A stretch of 64,000 nt of DNA from Eledone cirrhosa (lineage: Eukaryota): positions 48,360,001 to 48,424,000 of the forward strand of contig OZ024743.1 of NCBI GenBank assembly GCA_964016885.1, read 5' to 3'. Below the pieces are notes generated by a model. That model worked only from the letters and a program-made list of their open reading frames with translations. It did not search any database and was not told the origin of the DNA. The translations under genes and the position numbers were made by a program. Positions 60,538 through 64,000 of this stretch are shown here, in pieces; position 1 is the stretch's first letter, and each line of letters starts with the position of its first letter.

Positions 60538-62343
60538 GTGTAGAGGATAGGGCAAAATGGAGAATCTTGTCATTGAACTCCCAAGAATAAACCCTGCTTT
60601 GGCAAGGAAAATGGTCTTAAAATGGTTTCATGTAGAGTTTCATTTCTGATATCTGTCGTGACATAATTCATGGGCACATCAGATAATGTAGTCCTAGATT
60701 AATTAGAGAGGAACATCTTTGATTATAAGTTTGCTTAATTAGAACAAAGTTGGAGCTAAACAACAATATAGCACCCAGTAGGCAACCATATATTTTGGAT
60801 TGAGGTTTTTTTAAATCCAGTAAATAATTCATATGTTGGTATTTTGTCATATTTTTGTAGTTTATACATGAGCATATTTGGTAATTACAACTGATCTAGG
60901 TCTGTATTCTGGTGAAGTTGTGTAGAAGACAGCAAATCAGTAGATGTTAAAGCATCAGATTAAATGCTTCAGTATTTGGTCTGGCTTACTGCACTCAAAT
61001 GCATCAAGGTCAACTTTGCCTTTCATCCTTTTGGGGTTGATAACACACCAGTCCAAGGGATTGGTAGAATTGTTTGTGTTGGACAGGATGTTTTGCAGTA
61101 ATCATTCTAGCTTTGTGCATTCGGACTTCAAATACCACCTCCTATCACCAGAAAAGCAGCAATGCTTATGTCAGGAGTTAGTTGCAACCTACAGATAGTA
61201 CCAGCAAAGAAAGGCAAGACATAGTTTCACCAGTTCAATCTAACAACTGGCCCTCCCCTCTTTTTACTCACCTAATTCTATGACCTGGTAAGTGTAGTCC
61301 AATTTTCACAGAGATTTTGATATAAAAATATGAAGGTTCTTTTTTGTTTCTCCCTTTAACCCTTTCATTAATATATTTCTAATGAAATACATGGCCTATA
61401 ATTTCCAAATTATTTTGAAACTAATCAAGAATTTGGACGAATTTAGCAATATAACTTTCGTATTGTTAACTTGGTGTCTGGAGCATCACTTAAAGGTTCA
61501 TAAATGAAATTATGATGGATGTTTTTTTAATTAATATAAACACTTTTAAATAAACAGCTTTGTAGCATAGAATCAGGGTCAGTTTCAGGCAGCTTAGCAT
61601 TAAAAAGTTTAAAGCTTACTTACAATTAAACACAGAGCTACTGTAAACTGCTGGTAAAATTTAGTAAAATCATCTATCCATTTTTAGTTATGTTTAGTAT
61701 AGAAAACAAATAATTTACAGTTGACTATCCAGTTTTATCTCCCTCCCTCCTCCTCTCTGTGTGATGGGTCTCTCAGAAAGCACTAGCTGCTACTTCAGTG
61801 CTACTCTTGCTATGTTTACACCCACTCCCATCACCATCATATGTCCAGCTAAGCACTCAATGATTGCCTAGTGTTAATGGTCATACTGGAATGCACATAG
61901 TGCACTCTGCAAGTGATGGCACTGGTGCTGCAATTAAATGCACCTATGTCACTCTGTATAGTGCTAGTGCTAGTGTCATGATAAATGCATTCAGTATAAA
62001 CTAAAGTGGTTGGCAATAGGAAGGCACTCAGGTGTAGAAACCATGCCAAACTGGAATGTAGGAGCAAGGTGTCATCATCTGATCAGTCCAGTCCCAATAT
62101 GTAACAATCTGTCCAACCCATGCCAAACTGGAATACAGATGTATTTCTTTCATCATCATAATTACCATTTTACAAGATATTTCTTTAAAATAGAAAATAA
62201 TAGAGATTAGATAATAGGAAAATTATGTTAAGAATTCAAGAATGGCAGTCCATTATTTCTTGAGTGTTAAAAAAATTGATGATAAATCATCTATTTGCTA
62301 TAGAATTAAAAGGGGGCTTCATATAGAAAAAATGTATTGGTTG

Positions 62344-62388
<45 letters not shown>

Positions 62389-63075
62389 AACAGTTGAGAA
62401 ATAGTCAGTTGTAATTACCTTGATTTCTATTTACTTTTAAAAGTGTAATGGAAAAAGTTTTAATTACTTTTCTGTGTTAATTAGCTGTCAGTAAGGCACC
62501 TTTTAAAAAATAACATAGAATTAAATAACATTTAAAAATAAAAGATCATTTAGCATTCATAGTTCAGAATAGACATGGTTAATTGGTAAAAATTGAGAAT
62601 ATTTTATAGTACATGAACATTTGTTACACTGGGAGGAGAAGAAAAATTTGAATTTACAATGTAATATAATTCTTAGGTACATAAAAACATCCTTTATAAA
62701 AAGATGAGAAGTGATATATAGGGAAAATGATGATAATGACTTGAAGATGCACCTAATGTTTTGATATGAACATGTAAATTTACAGTACACAATGGAATGA
62801 AATTAGTTCACACAAAATAAATTGTAGGACGTAAGCAGCAGCATACACCTGCACAAATGTAACCTTGGAAATGAACCTTAGAGATGAACTCATAGCTGAA
62901 ACCAGTCAGTACAAAAAAAAAAAAAAAATCAAACTAACCATTTTTCTTTCTGTGGAAAAAACTATAATTTATTTTTGTATGAACTAATTTCTTTTGATTG
63001 TGCAACGTAAATTTGCATGTGTGTATAGAAAAAACGTAAGGTGCACCTTCAACTCATTATTGATCTTTTTCCATA

Positions 63076-63297
63076 GGGTGGTGGATTGGCAGTATCGGTA
63101 GAGGGTCGGACGCCATGCTTTGCAGCATAGAGTTACGGCCCTTTATGATCTGAGTTCAAATCTCACCGACGTTAACTTTGCCTTTCATCCTTACGGGGTC
63201 GATAAAATAAAGTACCAGTCACGAACTGGGGTCGATTTAATCGACTTTTCCCTCCCCAAAATTGCTGGCCTTGTGCCTATATAAGAAACCATTATTT
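63076..63297 (+). mobile_element. tRNA-derived SINE with a Meta-like central domain
   Basis: GGTGGTGGATTGGCAGTATCGGTAGA...GAGTTCAAATCTC...GTTAACTTTGCCTTTCATCCTTACGGGGTCGATAAAATAAAGTACCAG. Confidence 0.82.
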
Positions 63298-64000
63298 ATC
63301 TTTTCCTATATAACATGATTTCTACAGAATTCTTTAACTTTCCAACTTTAAAAATATTTCACTATATATTATATATTGGTAATCAATCATAAATAGATTA
63401 TCTAACCACCACCACTACCCTGACCTATATAAAGCTATTTCAGACATTCAAGGCCACCATAGGATGTAGCTGAATCTTTGATGTCATTTTGTCCTATCTT
63501 CATATATACATATTTCTGTGACAGCTCATTGGTGTGTAGTAAATATTATTTTATTTGTAAATAGTTGGAAGACCAATCATCTTGTCTTGTGCCCATTTCT
63601 TACTGTCCTATGTGCACTGGAGTTGGTGATATAAACCCTAATGCACAGAAATCCCAAGGGCCTCCAGTGGTCAGGTGATGAGACGGGGCTGGTTGCAATC
63701 ATCCGTTTTTCCGTTGTCTTCACCCACCTTTTTTTTTTAGATTAATTTTATAAGATTGTAATTGCACAGGTCATTCTTTCAAATCAAATTATATATATAT
63801 ATATAGGGAGTGTAACGTGCAGTTACTGTAGGTTCTCCCAGGTGAGCACTCGATGCATAGTTTCCCACCTGTAAAGAGGTGTAGAACTAAGCGGAGTATA
63901 AAGATAATAATAAAAGGATGATTTGTTATGTCTTCATTACGTTTATTGAGTAGTGACGTGCTCGTTTCCCTATTGATCAGCTCCTGGTTCGATCTGTATT

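Overview
Animal genomic DNA made up almost entirely of repeats, with no host gene that I can support. The mix of (TA)n/(TATG)n arrays, RTE and CR1-type LINEs, Penelope-like elements (PLEs), tRNA-derived SINEs and TTAA-flanked MITEs suggests an octopod cephalopod, but this is inference only. From 1 to 25,930, kilobase (TA)n arrays separate a series of retroelements: two different PLEs (RT plus GIY-YIG) with minimal hammerhead ribozymes, a 338-bp spacer-less palindrome carrying a hammerhead on each strand, three copies of a bipartite non-autonomous RTE derivative, a CR1-group LINE, and RTE LINEs. One RTE has an uninterrupted ~1038-codon APE-RT-PHD ORF. From 25,930 to 64,000 is older AT-rich DNA with non-autonomous Helitrons (some head-to-tail), decayed RTE copies, piggyBac-type and hAT-type MITEs, SINEs and a foldback element split by an RTE insertion. 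Most long ORFs in the track (YIYI/CVCV) are microsatellite artefacts. There is a 200-N gap at 3953-4152. All alignments were done by eye.
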